Of a stretch of DNA of 41,543 nucleotides, positions 18,962-27,711 are shown piece by piece. The stretch is from a virus. Its lineage: Duplodnaviria; Heunggongvirae; Uroviricota; Caudoviricetes. The translations under genes and the position numbers were made by a program. Each line of letters opens with the position of its first letter. The stretch's first letter is position 1. The notes beneath the pieces were generated by a model, which saw only the letters and a program-made list of their open reading frames with translations, ran no database searches and was not told the DNA's origin. The stretch lies in IMG/VR virus record IMGVR_UViG_2917413769_000002, positions 1 through 41,543 of that record. One strand, 5' to 3'.

Positions 18962-20515
18962 TCACGCTCCGGCCAGTTTGGCCCAATTATCAAGAGAGGA
19001 ATCCATCGGCGCGTAGTTAATCATCACGGCGTCAGCGAGGTTCGGCGATTTTGTGCCTTCCGGCTGTTTATCCACGAGGATTTTACCCACGGCGTTTTTC
19101 GACCATGTAGGCTGTGAAAGCTCCATCAGCAGGCGGTCAATATTTTCTATCTCGCTGCTTATCGAAATGATTTCGTCGGGGTTGTAGTCCATCCCGTTCA
19201 GCGCGCGGAAGGTGTTACGAAACAGCTTACGAAGATGCCACCAGCTCTGTGCTTTCGCGTTCGCGAAGAAGTCTTTATTCAGGCGCGCCGCTTTACCGTT
19301 ATCACCAGGAACGGCTTCATCTTCCGGATCGAATACGCTACCGCTACCACGGAAAGGCGTAGCTGTGATTGTTCCCCGGCCTTCAGCCTGCCTGAGCTCG
19401 TTTATCACGCGAGCATCGCCACGCGCACCAGCACCCAGACCGTCCTCATCGAAACGGAACTCATCCAGACCGTAATCGTCACAGTACCCAAACGATTTAA
19501 CGACAGAGGCGTAGATGTCGCTGCCAATGCCAGACCATTCGTGAACGTTCTGCAGAAGGAAGCCATAGCGGCAAGAAAAACCGTTTTTGTCTTTCCCTTC
19601 GTCTGCAATATCCATTGCGCCGAGGCGCTGGCCGCTGGGCTGAATACCCAGTTTGATATGTGCGTCGACGGCAGCCTGTACCCATTCAGAAGGAATGAGA
19701 ATCCCCTCTGTGGATGCACTGTAGTTCAGGTCCAGTTCCTGAGCAACGATAATCGGATCATCAATTTTCAGACATTCGTTGCGGTACCACTCATCATCCT
19801 TGCGCGGGTCGCTGCGCCAGTGGAACGTAAACACCGGGATATTTCCGCTGTGACGCTTACGGGCAAACGGGTTATTCATGCCGTTGACGGATGAGAGGTC
19901 TATACGGCAGCGGGTCGTCTGAGAGAGCGCAGCATCGATGAGTAATGGCCGTTTGAGGAATGCCGACTCATCCACGAAATAAAGCGTGGTACGGTCACCA
20001 CGGCCAATGTTATCGCCAGCCTCTCCCTTAATGACCGCGCCCGTTTCCGGGAACTCCACGCGCATGTAAGGAGCATGTTTTTTGTCACTCCATGAACCGC
20101 GAAACTCTACCGGCAGCAGCTCGACAAACTTACGCGCTTTCCAGAACAGTGCTTTCGGGTCGCCGGTACTGTCGACATATTCCTCTTTACGGGAACCGAA
20201 CCCGATCACCATTTCTTTGTTGAACAGGCAAAGCGAACAGGCCAGACCGATAGAGGTCCAGCTCAGCCCCATTTCGCGGCTTTTTTCTGTCAGTCCATGC
20301 TCAAGACTGGCGCGCCTGTCCATGATCCAGTTAATCCATTCCTCCTGGCGGGGAAACAGCAAAAACGGGATGGTCGCAGGCAGGCCATAATCGAGGTTGC
20401 GCGGGTCTGTCGTCATGCCCCAGTCGATGATGAACTGGGCCGGGTTAGTGCGGTAAAACTCACGGAGTGCCGGAAGCATTTCAGGCGCTTTCCTGATCCG
20501 CTCCAGCCTCTCCAT
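18962..20515 (-). CDS. terminase large subunit
   Basis: ATPase-like N-terminal region and nuclease-like C-terminal region; start at ATG 20515 preferred because the ORF-track TTG start (20593) lies inside the conserved intergenic element. Confidence 0.8.
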   Translation of the reverse strand: MERLERIRKAPEMLPALREFYRTNPAQFIIDWGMTTDPRNLDYGLPATIPFLLFPRQEEWINWIMDRRASLEHGLTEKSREMGLSWTSIGLACSLCLFNKEMVIGFGSRKEEYVDSTGDPKALFWKARKFVELLPVEFRGSWSDKKHAPYMRVEFPETGAVIKGEAGDNIGRGDRTTLYFVDESAFLKRPLLIDAALSQTTRCRIDLSSVNGMNNPFARKRHSGNIPVFTFHWRSDPRKDDEWYRNECLKIDDPIIVAQELDLNYSASTEGILIPSEWVQAAVDAHIKLGIQPSGQRLGAMDIADEGKDKNGFSCRYGFLLQNVHEWSGIGSDIYASVVKSFGYCDDYGLDEFRFDEDGLGAGARGDARVINELRQAEGRGTITATPFRGSGSVFDPEDEAVPGDNGKAARLNKDFFANAKAQSWWHLRKLFRNTFRALNGMDYNPDEIISISSEIENIDRLLMELSQPTWSKNAVGKILVDKQPEGTKSPNLADAVMINYAPMDSSLDNWAKLAGA

Positions 20516-20577
20516 TCTCCACTCAAACACGGCGGTATAGTCCGGTTTTCGGAAGTCAAAGGGGAACGGGATCGGCA

Positions 20578-20632
20578 CAGAAAAATTCCTCAAAAACGCC
20601 CCAATTTAACATAATGGTCGTTACCCGCACTG
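20578..20632 (-). repeat. conserved ~55-bp intergenic element, copy 2 (upstream of terL)
   Basis: minus strand GTGCGGGTAACGACCATTATGTTAAAT...ATTTTTC; see copy 1. Confidence 0.6.
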
Positions 20633-20776
20633 GCGCAACAGCACCCATCACGCAAACGGCGTGAAGCCTCTGTTTTGAAGAGAAAAGTGGTCAAATCGGG
20701 ATGAATAAAACGTGCATAAAACGGGTCAAAAAGTGCATAGCGTTTTTACGGTTCGAAACGCCTGTTTTTGCAATTT

Positions 20777-21380
20777 TCAGCCCATGAATTTTTTGTAGAT
20801 ATCTGCGACCTCATGCGGGGACAGGTTCGCCGCGTCGGCTTTGGCTGCCTCGTCCATATTGGTGAACGATTCGAAAATTTTCGGCGCTCCAAGCTCCATA
20901 AGCAGGGTTTCCGGAACCTTTATTCCCTCAGCCTCAAGCAGCTGCGCCGCCTGCAGCGCGGTGTATTTACCATCTACCTTGTGCTTCATCACCTCACGAA
21001 GCACATCACGCTGACGGTCCTCTTCCCCCATAAACACTGCGGCCGAGTCCAAGAGCTTTGGCAAACACCGCAACATCATTGTGCGTTGGTAAAACATCCT
21101 CGACGGTTGTTTTCAGTCCATCAGGGGATTTGGTGACAATCTTTCGCTTCCGAACGTCCAGGCTTTTACCTGCAACGTTGTTAATCTTTTCCATCAGAAC
21201 TTCGCGAGCCTCGGTAAAGGCACGATTAAAGTCGGCGTGTTCCTTGCGCCAGTTGCGGATAGTCGCCTCGTCAATTTCCAGTCGCTGGGCAACCATACGG
21301 TTTGAGATCTTGTTACGGGCCAGAGCCATATCAATAACGATACCGACGTAGGCCTTCTTAAAGCTATTTTTACGGGCCAT
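20777..21380 (-). CDS. terminase small subunit, interrupted by an apparent frameshift (two ORFs 21006-21380 and 20777-21097)
   Basis: N-terminal ORF has HTH-like start MARKNSFKKAY...; C-terminal ORF continues in another frame with 92-nt overlap; G5 run at 21025-21029 (minus strand) is the candidate shift site. Confidence 0.6.
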
Positions 21381-21428
21381 ACGCTTACCTGAAATCGGGT
21401 GCTGTTTATATTTTGTTCAAAATTATTT

Positions 21429-21529
21429 TTCCGCATTTTGCGTGCGGAATAATTCTGAGAAAAAATCTGCTCCGGGGCCGCAAGCCTGCTGGGTTTGAGT
21501 GCGGAATTAAAAACGTCAAAAAATGCGGA
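21429..21529. repeat. cluster of TGCGGA(A/G) repeats upstream of terS, downstream of the recombinase gene
   Basis: TTCCGCA (21429-21435) and TGCGGAA (21443-21449) form a 7-bp inverted repeat with 7-nt spacer; further direct copies at 21500-21506 and 21524-21529. Confidence 0.6.
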
Positions 21530-21626
21530 GTTATCAATTTTCCGTAAAAACTGCGATTTTATGCCCGGAGGCCGCGCAGAATGGGGAGATAGTGGATCGC
21601 CCTAATATTTCCACTATGTGGATAAC

Positions 21627-22631
21627 TCAGTCCAAATCCATCTCCACCACTTCACCGAACAGGTGACCGTAAACGTCCATTGTGGTTTTGATGTTCGAAT
21701 GCCCAATAAGTCGGGAAACCTTCAGAATATCGACGCCTTTGTTTGCCAGGCGAGATACAGCAAAGTGGCGAAGATGATGGAATCGCTTAATGCCATAGTC
21801 GTTCAGGGTTCTGACGAGAACGCCCTGAGTGCCGTAACTGGTAGCAAGGCATGCGCCGGTAAACTGATTGCAGATAAGAGGCTCAGAGGAACCCAGCTTA
21901 TTTTTATCCAGCAACGCGAAAAGCTCACGCGGCATCCGTACCCGGCGCTCCACTCCTCTTTTCAGCCCCTCATGTATAACGCCGTCAACAACATGCCCCC
22001 GGATGTCGATCCAGTCGGCTGACACGTCGTTATAAGTAACCGCCAGAGCCTCACCGATACGCAGGCCACAAATCCCGAGCCAGCACGCGATACGCTCACG
22101 AACTGGCGCGTTATTCAGTAGCTCCCTGACCGATGATGATGGCGGTATGGTGATGGGTCGACGCTTCCGGCGCGCTGGACGGTCAACAGGGTTAAAAGTG
22201 ATGAGCCGCTTTTCCACCAGCAGGAAGAAAGCCGAACGAATCCAGCGATGGCAGCCGGTGCGAACCGAATCAACGATATCGCGATGGCTGATATGGAGAA
22301 TATTTTTTTCCAGTATCGGCCCGTCTACAGCGAGAAGATCGTGACGGCATTTCGTATATGACGACAGCCGTATGATATTTTTTTCCAGCTTGCCGGCCTG
22401 ATACCCCAGATAAAACAGAATTAACTTTCGGAAAGTCCAGGAATGGTCTATTCCGGTCCAGCTGGCGGTTCGACAATCCAGCTCAATATTCTGTTTTTGC
22501 CAGAAAAGATGTGCGGCATCATCAATATTCTTAAAGATGCGGCGGCGCCCATGACCGGATTTTTCATCCTTCCAGTGGACGTAATATTTTGATTGTCCAT
22601 TGGCATCAGTGGATTCTTTTATCGAAGCCAT
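21627..22631 (-). CDS. tyrosine site-specific recombinase (integrase family) with arm-binding-like N-terminal domain
   Basis: C-terminal catalytic signature R (LRIGEALA), H-x-x-R (HHLRH) and Tyr (…TTMDVYGHL); N-terminus GQSKYYVHWKDEKSGHGRRRIF resembles AP2-like integrase arm-binding domains; ATG 22631 with GAGGA upstream. Confidence 0.75.
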   Translation of the reverse strand: MASIKESTDANGQSKYYVHWKDEKSGHGRRRIFKNIDDAAHLFWQKQNIELDCRTASWTGIDHSWTFRKLILFYLGYQAGKLEKNIIRLSSYTKCRHDLLAVDGPILEKNILHISHRDIVDSVRTGCHRWIRSAFFLLVEKRLITFNPVDRPARRKRRPITIPPSSSVRELLNNAPVRERIACWLGICGLRIGEALAVTYNDVSADWIDIRGHVVDGVIHEGLKRGVERRVRMPRELFALLDKNKLGSSEPLICNQFTGACLATSYGTQGVLVRTLNDYGIKRFHHLRHFAVSRLANKGVDILKVSRLIGHSNIKTTMDVYGHLFGEVVEMDLD

Positions 22632-22695
22632 ACTGAACAATCCTCACTCAAAAAACATTATCAAAGCCACTCGGTGAATGGCTTTTGTAATGAAT

Positions 22696-22878
22696 TTATC
22701 GGACCAGCGTTACTTTCGTTTTTGTAAACCGGCGCACCAGTCGAGCGGCTTCACGCTGGAGCTCGCCTTCGATCTGAGGAGTAAGTGGCTTACGTGCATA
22801 TTTCCGGCTTATTTCTTCAATCACCTGGTTTATTTGCTCATTACTCGGCGGGATTACTTCGACATTTAAGCGAGCCAT
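22696..22878 (-). CDS. small hypothetical protein (possible recombination directionality factor)
   Basis: 60-aa basic ORF translationally coupled (TGATG) to the upstream membrane protein gene and lying just upstream of the recombinase. Confidence 0.4.
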   Translation of the reverse strand: MARLNVEVIPPSNEQINQVIEEISRKYARKPLTPQIEGELQREAARLVRRFTKTKVTLVR

Positions 22879-23306
22879 CAAGCCACCTCTTTTTCGGTTA
22901 GTTTCTCGACCTTATCACGAGCAAGCGAACAGCACAGGCGCACAAACAATGACGCTATTACGTAGGCTACCGCTGTAAACACCCACCCACCGTATGCAAG
23001 CATGGAAGCCCCCAGCACCAGGCAGAACCATCCCCATACTCTCGCTATTGCGTTCTTGCGCTTAGCAAAGCGTTCAAGGTATTCAATACCCTCCCGCCGG
23101 GACTTATCATCCTTTGAATACTCGACACCAAACGTAATAATGAGAGCTAACAAACCAACTACCGCGCCAAGCAATACGATCACCCAGTAGGCGGCGGCAA
23201 CAACTCTCAATAAAGAACCGGCACCTGTAGTAACAGCAAAAAGCAAAGCGGCGAGCAGCGCGTAAAAAGTTATTTTTGTTGCTGCATCAGTGAAAAATTT
23301 CTTCAT
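22878..23306 (-). CDS. integral membrane protein, ~4 predicted TM helices
   Basis: ATG 23306 with AAGGA upstream; four hydrophobic segments read from the translation; follows the Rz terminator. Confidence 0.5.
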   Translation of the reverse strand: MKKFFTDAATKITFYALLAALLFAVTTGAGSLLRVVAAAYWVIVLLGAVVGLLALIITFGVEYSKDDKSRREGIEYLERFAKRKNAIARVWGWFCLVLGASMLAYGGWVFTAVAYVIASLFVRLCCSLARDKVEKLTEKEVA

Positions 23307-23427
23307 TGCGTTTCCTTTAAGGTGTGAGCCTGTCGTACAGGAGCAACGCCCGAGAGAGGTCGCCACCTTTAACGATGCTCCTCAGGCTCACTACTGAAAG
23401 ACTCTCTGAAATGCGCGTACGAGGCGC

Positions 23428-23455
23428 AGAAAAAAAGCCCCGCTATTGCGAGGCT
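23428..23455 (-). terminator. intrinsic terminator at end of lysis cassette
   Basis: minus-strand AGCCTCGC-AATA-GCGGGGCT followed by TTTTTTT; overlaps the Rz stop codon. Confidence 0.65.
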
Positions 23456-23994
23456 CTGGTTTTCTCTATTTCACGTATCCCAGCCAGCTGGTTATTCGCT
23501 TTTTCGATAGCGGCCAGCAGCGGCTTGATCCAGAGAACAGCTTGGCAATACGTCAGCGCGCTGGTGGTAGTGGCGCTATCACCGGCTGCGTCAGCGTCCC
23601 CGGAATCGGTGTGCACTGCGCTGGCACGTAAACTGTTCGCGTAGCTGAGCAGCCCACCAGCGACATCAGCAGGAACAGGCAGATCACAGGTTTTTTCACG
23701 GCGGAGGATCTCCCGATATTCGATAACGGTTTTATCGGAGCTGGCATCAATCAGCGAGTTTAGTCGGCTGGCGTTTTCGGCAACCTGGTTAAACCGGTTG
23801 AAGTTGAAAGCCTGAGCAGCGATAACCGTCCCCTGCAGGGCGTTGTCACTGCGCAGAACGCCGTTATCACTCTTCAGCGTAGCTACGTCAGAGCGGCTGT
23901 TTGCCAGCAGGACACACAGCACGGCGACTACTGCAATGACGGCCACCAGCAGTATCAGACGCCATGAGGCTTTGATATCGGCTATGGTGATCAT
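23443..23994 (-). CDS. Rz-like i-spanin
   Basis: 183-aa ORF with N-terminal signal-anchor (ILLVAVIAVVAVLCVLL) and coiled-coil periplasmic domain; follows endolysin; contains the embedded Rz1 frame. Confidence 0.75.
   Translation of the reverse strand: MITIADIKASWRLILLVAVIAVVAVLCVLLANSRSDVATLKSDNGVLRSDNALQGTVIAAQAFNFNRFNQVAENASRLNSLIDASSDKTVIEYREILRREKTCDLPVPADVAGGLLSYANSLRASAVHTDSGDADAAGDSATTTSALTYCQAVLWIKPLLAAIEKANNQLAGIREIEKTRASQ
23553..23699 (-). CDS. Rz1-like o-spanin (outer-membrane lipoprotein), embedded in Rz in +1 frame
   Basis: GTG at 23699 gives MKKPVICLFLLMSLVGC with lipobox LVGC, followed by a Pro-rich mature peptide; fully nested in the Rz gene as in lambda Rz/Rz1. Confidence 0.7.
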   Translation of the reverse strand: MKKPVICLFLLMSLVGCSATRTVYVPAQCTPIPGTLTQPVIAPLPPAR

Positions 23995-24521
23995 TTCAGA
24001 CCGTCCAGACAGAGAGCTTCCTCTTTACCTGCGCGAGTCACCAACCCAGGAAGAACCCGGCCGCCACCGTAAACCCAGCGAGGAAATTGGTAGCACGCCG
24101 CCTTAAGGTCACCTTTTCGGAACAGGGAGAACATTGTCGAGCTCCGCATATTGCCGCACCCAGCACGGAACGTGACCGATACTACAGCGCTGAAAGTATC
24201 ATCAGACAGATTTCTGCCGTTGGCGTACCGGTTAACACAGGATTCAGCATCGAGGATATTTTTTTCCCATTCCGCCGCGATCTGCTGGTCGTTTTTAACT
24301 GTGCCGGGTTTAACCCCGTGGGTGTTGCCCATGCCATCAGTGAGCACACCAGCCGGGCAAATATAAGGATCTCGACGACATGATTCCGCGTTGCCGATGA
24401 GTTCAAGACCGCGCTCATTGGTCCGAACATGCCCAGCGTTGAGCACTATTGCGATAATCGTAGCTACCGAGCAAACAATTCCGGCAGCTCCACTTTTCTT
24501 ACTCAGTTTCAACTGTGCCAC
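23991..24521 (-). CDS. SAR endolysin (phage lysozyme, GH24 type, P21 R-like)
   Basis: N-terminal Gly/Ala-rich weakly hydrophobic SAR domain; catalytic E...D...T arrangement; C-terminal block resembling P21 R as recalled. Confidence 0.8.
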   Translation of the reverse strand: MAQLKLSKKSGAAGIVCSVATIIAIVLNAGHVRTNERGLELIGNAESCRRDPYICPAGVLTDGMGNTHGVKPGTVKNDQQIAAEWEKNILDAESCVNRYANGRNLSDDTFSAVVSVTFRAGCGNMRSSTMFSLFRKGDLKAACYQFPRWVYGGGRVLPGLVTRAGKEEALCLDGLK

Positions 24522-24819
24522 TAGAAATTCTCCGCATAGCCTCCGTTACCACCTCGGCGGTAGCCGGACGATCGGAGTGTGGTTTTTTACCTACATCTGA
24601 TAAGTAGTTCGCCAGCAGTTGGGTTCTTTTCCTTTCCTCTGCCATGCGCTCACGCTCTTCTTTGCGCTTTGCGTAGTAGGTTTTTATCGTGAAAAATGCC
24701 GATACAAGGGCACCGATAATAAATACGTAATCCTGTAGGCTGAGCAAAGAGAACACCCCTAAAGCAGCCGACCACCAATACGGTAAGTCGTGTCCATTTG
24801 TTGGGTTCATACGTTGCAT
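24499..24819 (-). CDS. holin (pinholin-like, 2 TM)
   Basis: 106-aa ORF with two hydrophobic segments and a highly charged C-terminus; overlaps the endolysin start by 23 nt; first gene of lysis cassette. Confidence 0.55.
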   Translation of the reverse strand: MQRMNPTNGHDLPYWWSAALGVFSLLSLQDYVFIIGALVSAFFTIKTYYAKRKEERERMAEERKRTQLLANYLSDVGKKPHSDRPATAEVVTEAMRRISSGTVETE

Positions 24820-24862
24820 TCCACACCTCCGGGTTCGGGGTGCTGTGTGATGAAATGGGAAA

Positions 24863-25477
24863 TTAAATTCTGCGGAAAGCGTACGAAGCGACGCCCTTAC
24901 GCCCTAACTGGCATTCGATTGTGTTTTGCTCTGCGCAGGTGAAGCCCTGCTCTGCAAACCAGCGCCTGATACCTTCATCAGTGAAATACCAGATGTGCTC
25001 GTTCTTTCTGAAATGATGGGAGCGGAGAATGTCTCCGGCATCAGTGAAAATCGGGATCGACACGAAAACGTATTCACTGGCCTGCTGTACCGCCAGCTCC
25101 GGCTCGTCGATGTGTTCCAGTACATCCCACATCGTCAGTGCTCGCCACTTATTGGCGTAGAGATCTGCGAATGCGCCCCGCTCGTTCAGCCAGGCAATAC
25201 CGGCCGGATTAACGTCATACCCAAGCGTTCCCGGTCGGATAGAGACGAACTGACCGGCACCGATACCAACGTCGAGAACAGGGCCGTGAAAATGGCGATC
25301 CACCAGCTCAATACGGGATTGCGTTAAAGCTCTGCCCGTTTCGGTGTCAGCCAGCTGCTGATACTTTGCGAAATACTGCTCGTCATACGGGCGTGATGCC
25401 GGAACGGGGTAACGTCCGATCCCCAGCTCCGGTAAAAATACCAGCCCGCTTTCCAGTTCCTGATAAAACGACTTCAT
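24863..25477 (-). CDS. class I SAM-dependent methyltransferase
   Basis: motif I VLDVGIGAGQF and acidic motif II ...DVLEHIDEPE; ATG 25477 with GAGG upstream; 95-nt overlap with the upstream GT9-like ORF. Confidence 0.7.
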   Translation of the reverse strand: MKSFYQELESGLVFLPELGIGRYPVPASRPYDEQYFAKYQQLADTETGRALTQSRIELVDRHFHGPVLDVGIGAGQFVSIRPGTLGYDVNPAGIAWLNERGAFADLYANKWRALTMWDVLEHIDEPELAVQQASEYVFVSIPIFTDAGDILRSHHFRKNEHIWYFTDEGIRRWFAEQGFTCAEQNTIECQLGRKGVASYAFRRI

Positions 25478-26321
25478 GGAGCCAGGCCTCGAATTTATCG
25501 GAGAAATTTGAAATCCGCTTGTCGCAGTGGTGATCCCATGCTTCACAGCGGCAGTAATTGTCGGGAATTGCCCAGCCAACACGAGAAAGGTCCATCGCCG
25601 GATCGGTTACGATTTCCGGGGCGTTGTGGCCGCCCCGCCCACCAGCAACAACATAGACAGGCGTTCTGTAGGCGATGGCAGCAGGAAGCGCCCAGCCAAC
25701 CGGCGAAACCACTACGGCAGCGTGTTCAATCAGGCGCATCAGCGATTTAAAATTGAGCTGGCCGGAGTGCAGCCGCAGATCCGCTTCGGGAAGTTCGCCG
25801 ACCGCCCACTCTTCCCCCTCCTGCAGGTCAGCCACGCTGATCACACAGAAATGTTTTCGCAGTAACCGGGAGGCCTGCAGCAGATAATCAGGATCAGGGT
25901 TGCGAGAGTCGCTACGCCACTCAGATCGCACTGTTGCCGGGCGGATCACCGCAATCGGCTTTTGGTGGGTAAATTCCGCCGGGCCGAAGGAAGGCAGATC
26001 CAGCGCTGCTGGCTCTACGCCGAACTGCTGGCGCATAGCGTCAAAAATTGAGCCGCGCCGCAGGTGCTGTGGCCCGTAGAAAATGCGCTTTGTCTGGCGC
26101 ATATCCGGTGGCTGCTGGAAAGCGGCTTGCGTCCGGTATTCGTTCTTGCGTTGCGTTCGGAGCGTTGTAAAGCTACGAACGGGCAGAACGGGTAAATCTT
26201 CGTAGATTTCAGGCCAGGCGGTTTTGATGTAACTCCCCGGCGGTAACTGCTTTACGAAAGCCCGCTGGTAGATACTGTCACCCATGCCCAGCATGCCATC
26301 GATAAAAAGAGGAACGTTCAA
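25383..26321 (-). CDS. GT9-family glycosyltransferase-like protein (heptosyltransferase fold)
   Basis: N-terminal ...LFIDGMLGMGDSIYQ... and C-terminal ...VVSPVGWALPAAIAYRTPVYVVAGG... resemble WaaC/WaaF-type heptosyltransferases as recalled; TTG start coupled to upstream stop. Confidence 0.6.
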   Translation of the reverse strand: MNVPLFIDGMLGMGDSIYQRAFVKQLPPGSYIKTAWPEIYEDLPVLPVRSFTTLRTQRKNEYRTQAAFQQPPDMRQTKRIFYGPQHLRRGSIFDAMRQQFGVEPAALDLPSFGPAEFTHQKPIAVIRPATVRSEWRSDSRNPDPDYLLQASRLLRKHFCVISVADLQEGEEWAVGELPEADLRLHSGQLNFKSLMRLIEHAAVVVSPVGWALPAAIAYRTPVYVVAGGRGGHNAPEIVTDPAMDLSRVGWAIPDNYCRCEAWDHHCDKRISNFSDKFEAWLHEVVLSGTGKRAGIFTGAGDRTLPRSGITPV

Positions 26322-26869
26322 AGTGCGACCTCGCGAAGCGCCTCATTGAGGCTGAGCCGCCGGAAGCACTTCAGCGCAGTCTGGCGGCTGCTGTTAATGA
26401 TGTTGACCTTCCCGGCCAGCGCTCTGGCTGTACTGGCGAACTCGCCGCGCCACCGTTCGGCATTTTCTGCCGTTGGGTTATCGAGCCCAACATGATCACC
26501 ATGCCAGTGACTGCCATCAGCGACAGAACAGTCGAACCCGAGCAGAATGATATTTTTCGCGCCCAGGCTGGCGGCGAACAGAATTGATCGCTGACCTGAG
26601 TTGAACGCCCAGCGCGTGTCCGTATCGAAAAGGTGCAGGCCGTAGCGCGTGTGTGCCCGATAATTGCAGGTCCACAGGGCAGCCGAGGGAGGCAGAACGC
26701 CAATATTTGCATCCCACCAGCGAAGATCACCCGCGTAAATGTGCGAGCAACCCGGTACCGCGTGCCAGGACGAATTGACCGCTATGACGGGAAAGCCCGT
26801 GCTGATAGCCGTCTGACAATCGTCGTGAGTGAGGGATGGACCGGAAGCGCAGACGATCGCCGTGTTCAT
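26318..26869 (-). CDS. Rossmann-like putative glycosyltransferase (CstII / DUF115-like)
   Basis: ATG 26869 with GGTGA upstream; N-terminus MNTAIVCASGPSL...VIAVNSSW mirrors the GxGPSL...N motif of CstII-type sialyltransferases (from memory). Confidence 0.45.
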   Translation of the reverse strand: MNTAIVCASGPSLTHDDCQTAISTGFPVIAVNSSWHAVPGCSHIYAGDLRWWDANIGVLPPSAALWTCNYRAHTRYGLHLFDTDTRWAFNSGQRSILFAASLGAKNIILLGFDCSVADGSHWHGDHVGLDNPTAENAERWRGEFASTARALAGKVNIINSSRQTALKCFRRLSLNEALREVAL

Positions 26870-26967
26870 ACGAGAATCACCGTTTGATATTGAGCCGAAT
26901 AGCCCTTGCAATTGGCTCACACACTGAGCCGAATTTCCGAATGGCTGCCGCTGTCACCCGCATGGTG

Positions 26968-27219
26968 TCACGATTGCGAAATCACCACTGTTACAGCATT
27001 GGTGGTGATCGTATTCTGCCCGTCGCCGCACTTATCACAGGTGCTATCGTGACGCTCCATTGCAATAAACGCGGCGGCTATGCAACGCCCCAAATATTCA
27101 AAATCACTCACTCCCGAGTTAGCCCGAGCCACAATAAGCTGGCCCAGTGCGATTTTTGCCTGTGAGCGGGATTCAGAAGATAATTCGTTAAATTGCATAA
27201 CTGGCTCCAGAAACGACAA
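26968..27219 (-). CDS. hypothetical protein
   Basis: 83-aa ORF between Q and the enzyme cluster; no recognisable motif. Confidence 0.35.
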   Translation of the reverse strand: MSFLEPVMQFNELSSESRSQAKIALGQLIVARANSGVSDFEYLGRCIAAAFIAMERHDSTCDKCGDGQNTITTNAVTVVISQS

Positions 27220-27290
27220 AACCCCACCATTGCTGGCAGGGTTTCGATTATTAAGCGTTGTGTCGAAGTGACCACTCTTAACACGTTAAA

Positions 27291-27711
27291 CTAAAAAATG
27301 CGGACCGCACTAGCACTTTTTTGATTATTTTGAATGCTCACTACGGCGTCCATTTCCAGGCGAACATCCAGCATCGACAGGCAGCCTTCAATGAATCCCT
27401 CGGCAAGCAGCATCTCTATGCGTATCTGCTTTTCGCTTTTCTTCCTGCGCTTCGCCATCTGCCGTTTTGAATACCGGAGAATATAATGCCCGACCAGCAA
27501 GTGATAATCGTATGGGCATTTTTTTTATCAGGCGTGCCATGCAGCCCTCGATAATCAGCCCATCGTCGTCGGTACACATGATCCGCGTTTTGCTGGTTTG
27601 CGGAAGCAGCCCCTTAAAACCAGCAGCGATGGAAGAATAATCAATATTGCATGAATCGCTTGCCGCCCACGCGCCCCACATATCAAGAACCTTTTGCATA
27701 TCACGCATCAT
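27291..27711 (-). CDS. late antiterminator Q (QuuD-type), interrupted by an apparent frameshift (ORFs 27388-27711 and 27291-27500)
   Basis: N-terminal ORF MMRDMQKVLDMWGAWAA...IDYSSIAAGFKGLLP...CTDDDGL is Q-like as recalled; C-terminal continuation ...SMLDVRLEMD... in another frame; T8 run at 27519-27526 is the most likely shift site. Confidence 0.6.

Noticed and set aside
20740-20770. GGTTCGAAACG as a possible tRNA T-arm
   Set aside because: No acceptor stem, D-arm or anticodon arm can be folded around it; it lies in the terS-terL intergenic region.
21627-22631. Recombinase as a Hin/Gin/Pin-type DNA invertase for tail-fibre switching
   Set aside because: It is a tyrosine recombinase (R, H-x-x-R and Y motifs), not a serine invertase, and lies ~20 kb from the tail fibre genes; no invertible fibre segment is evident.
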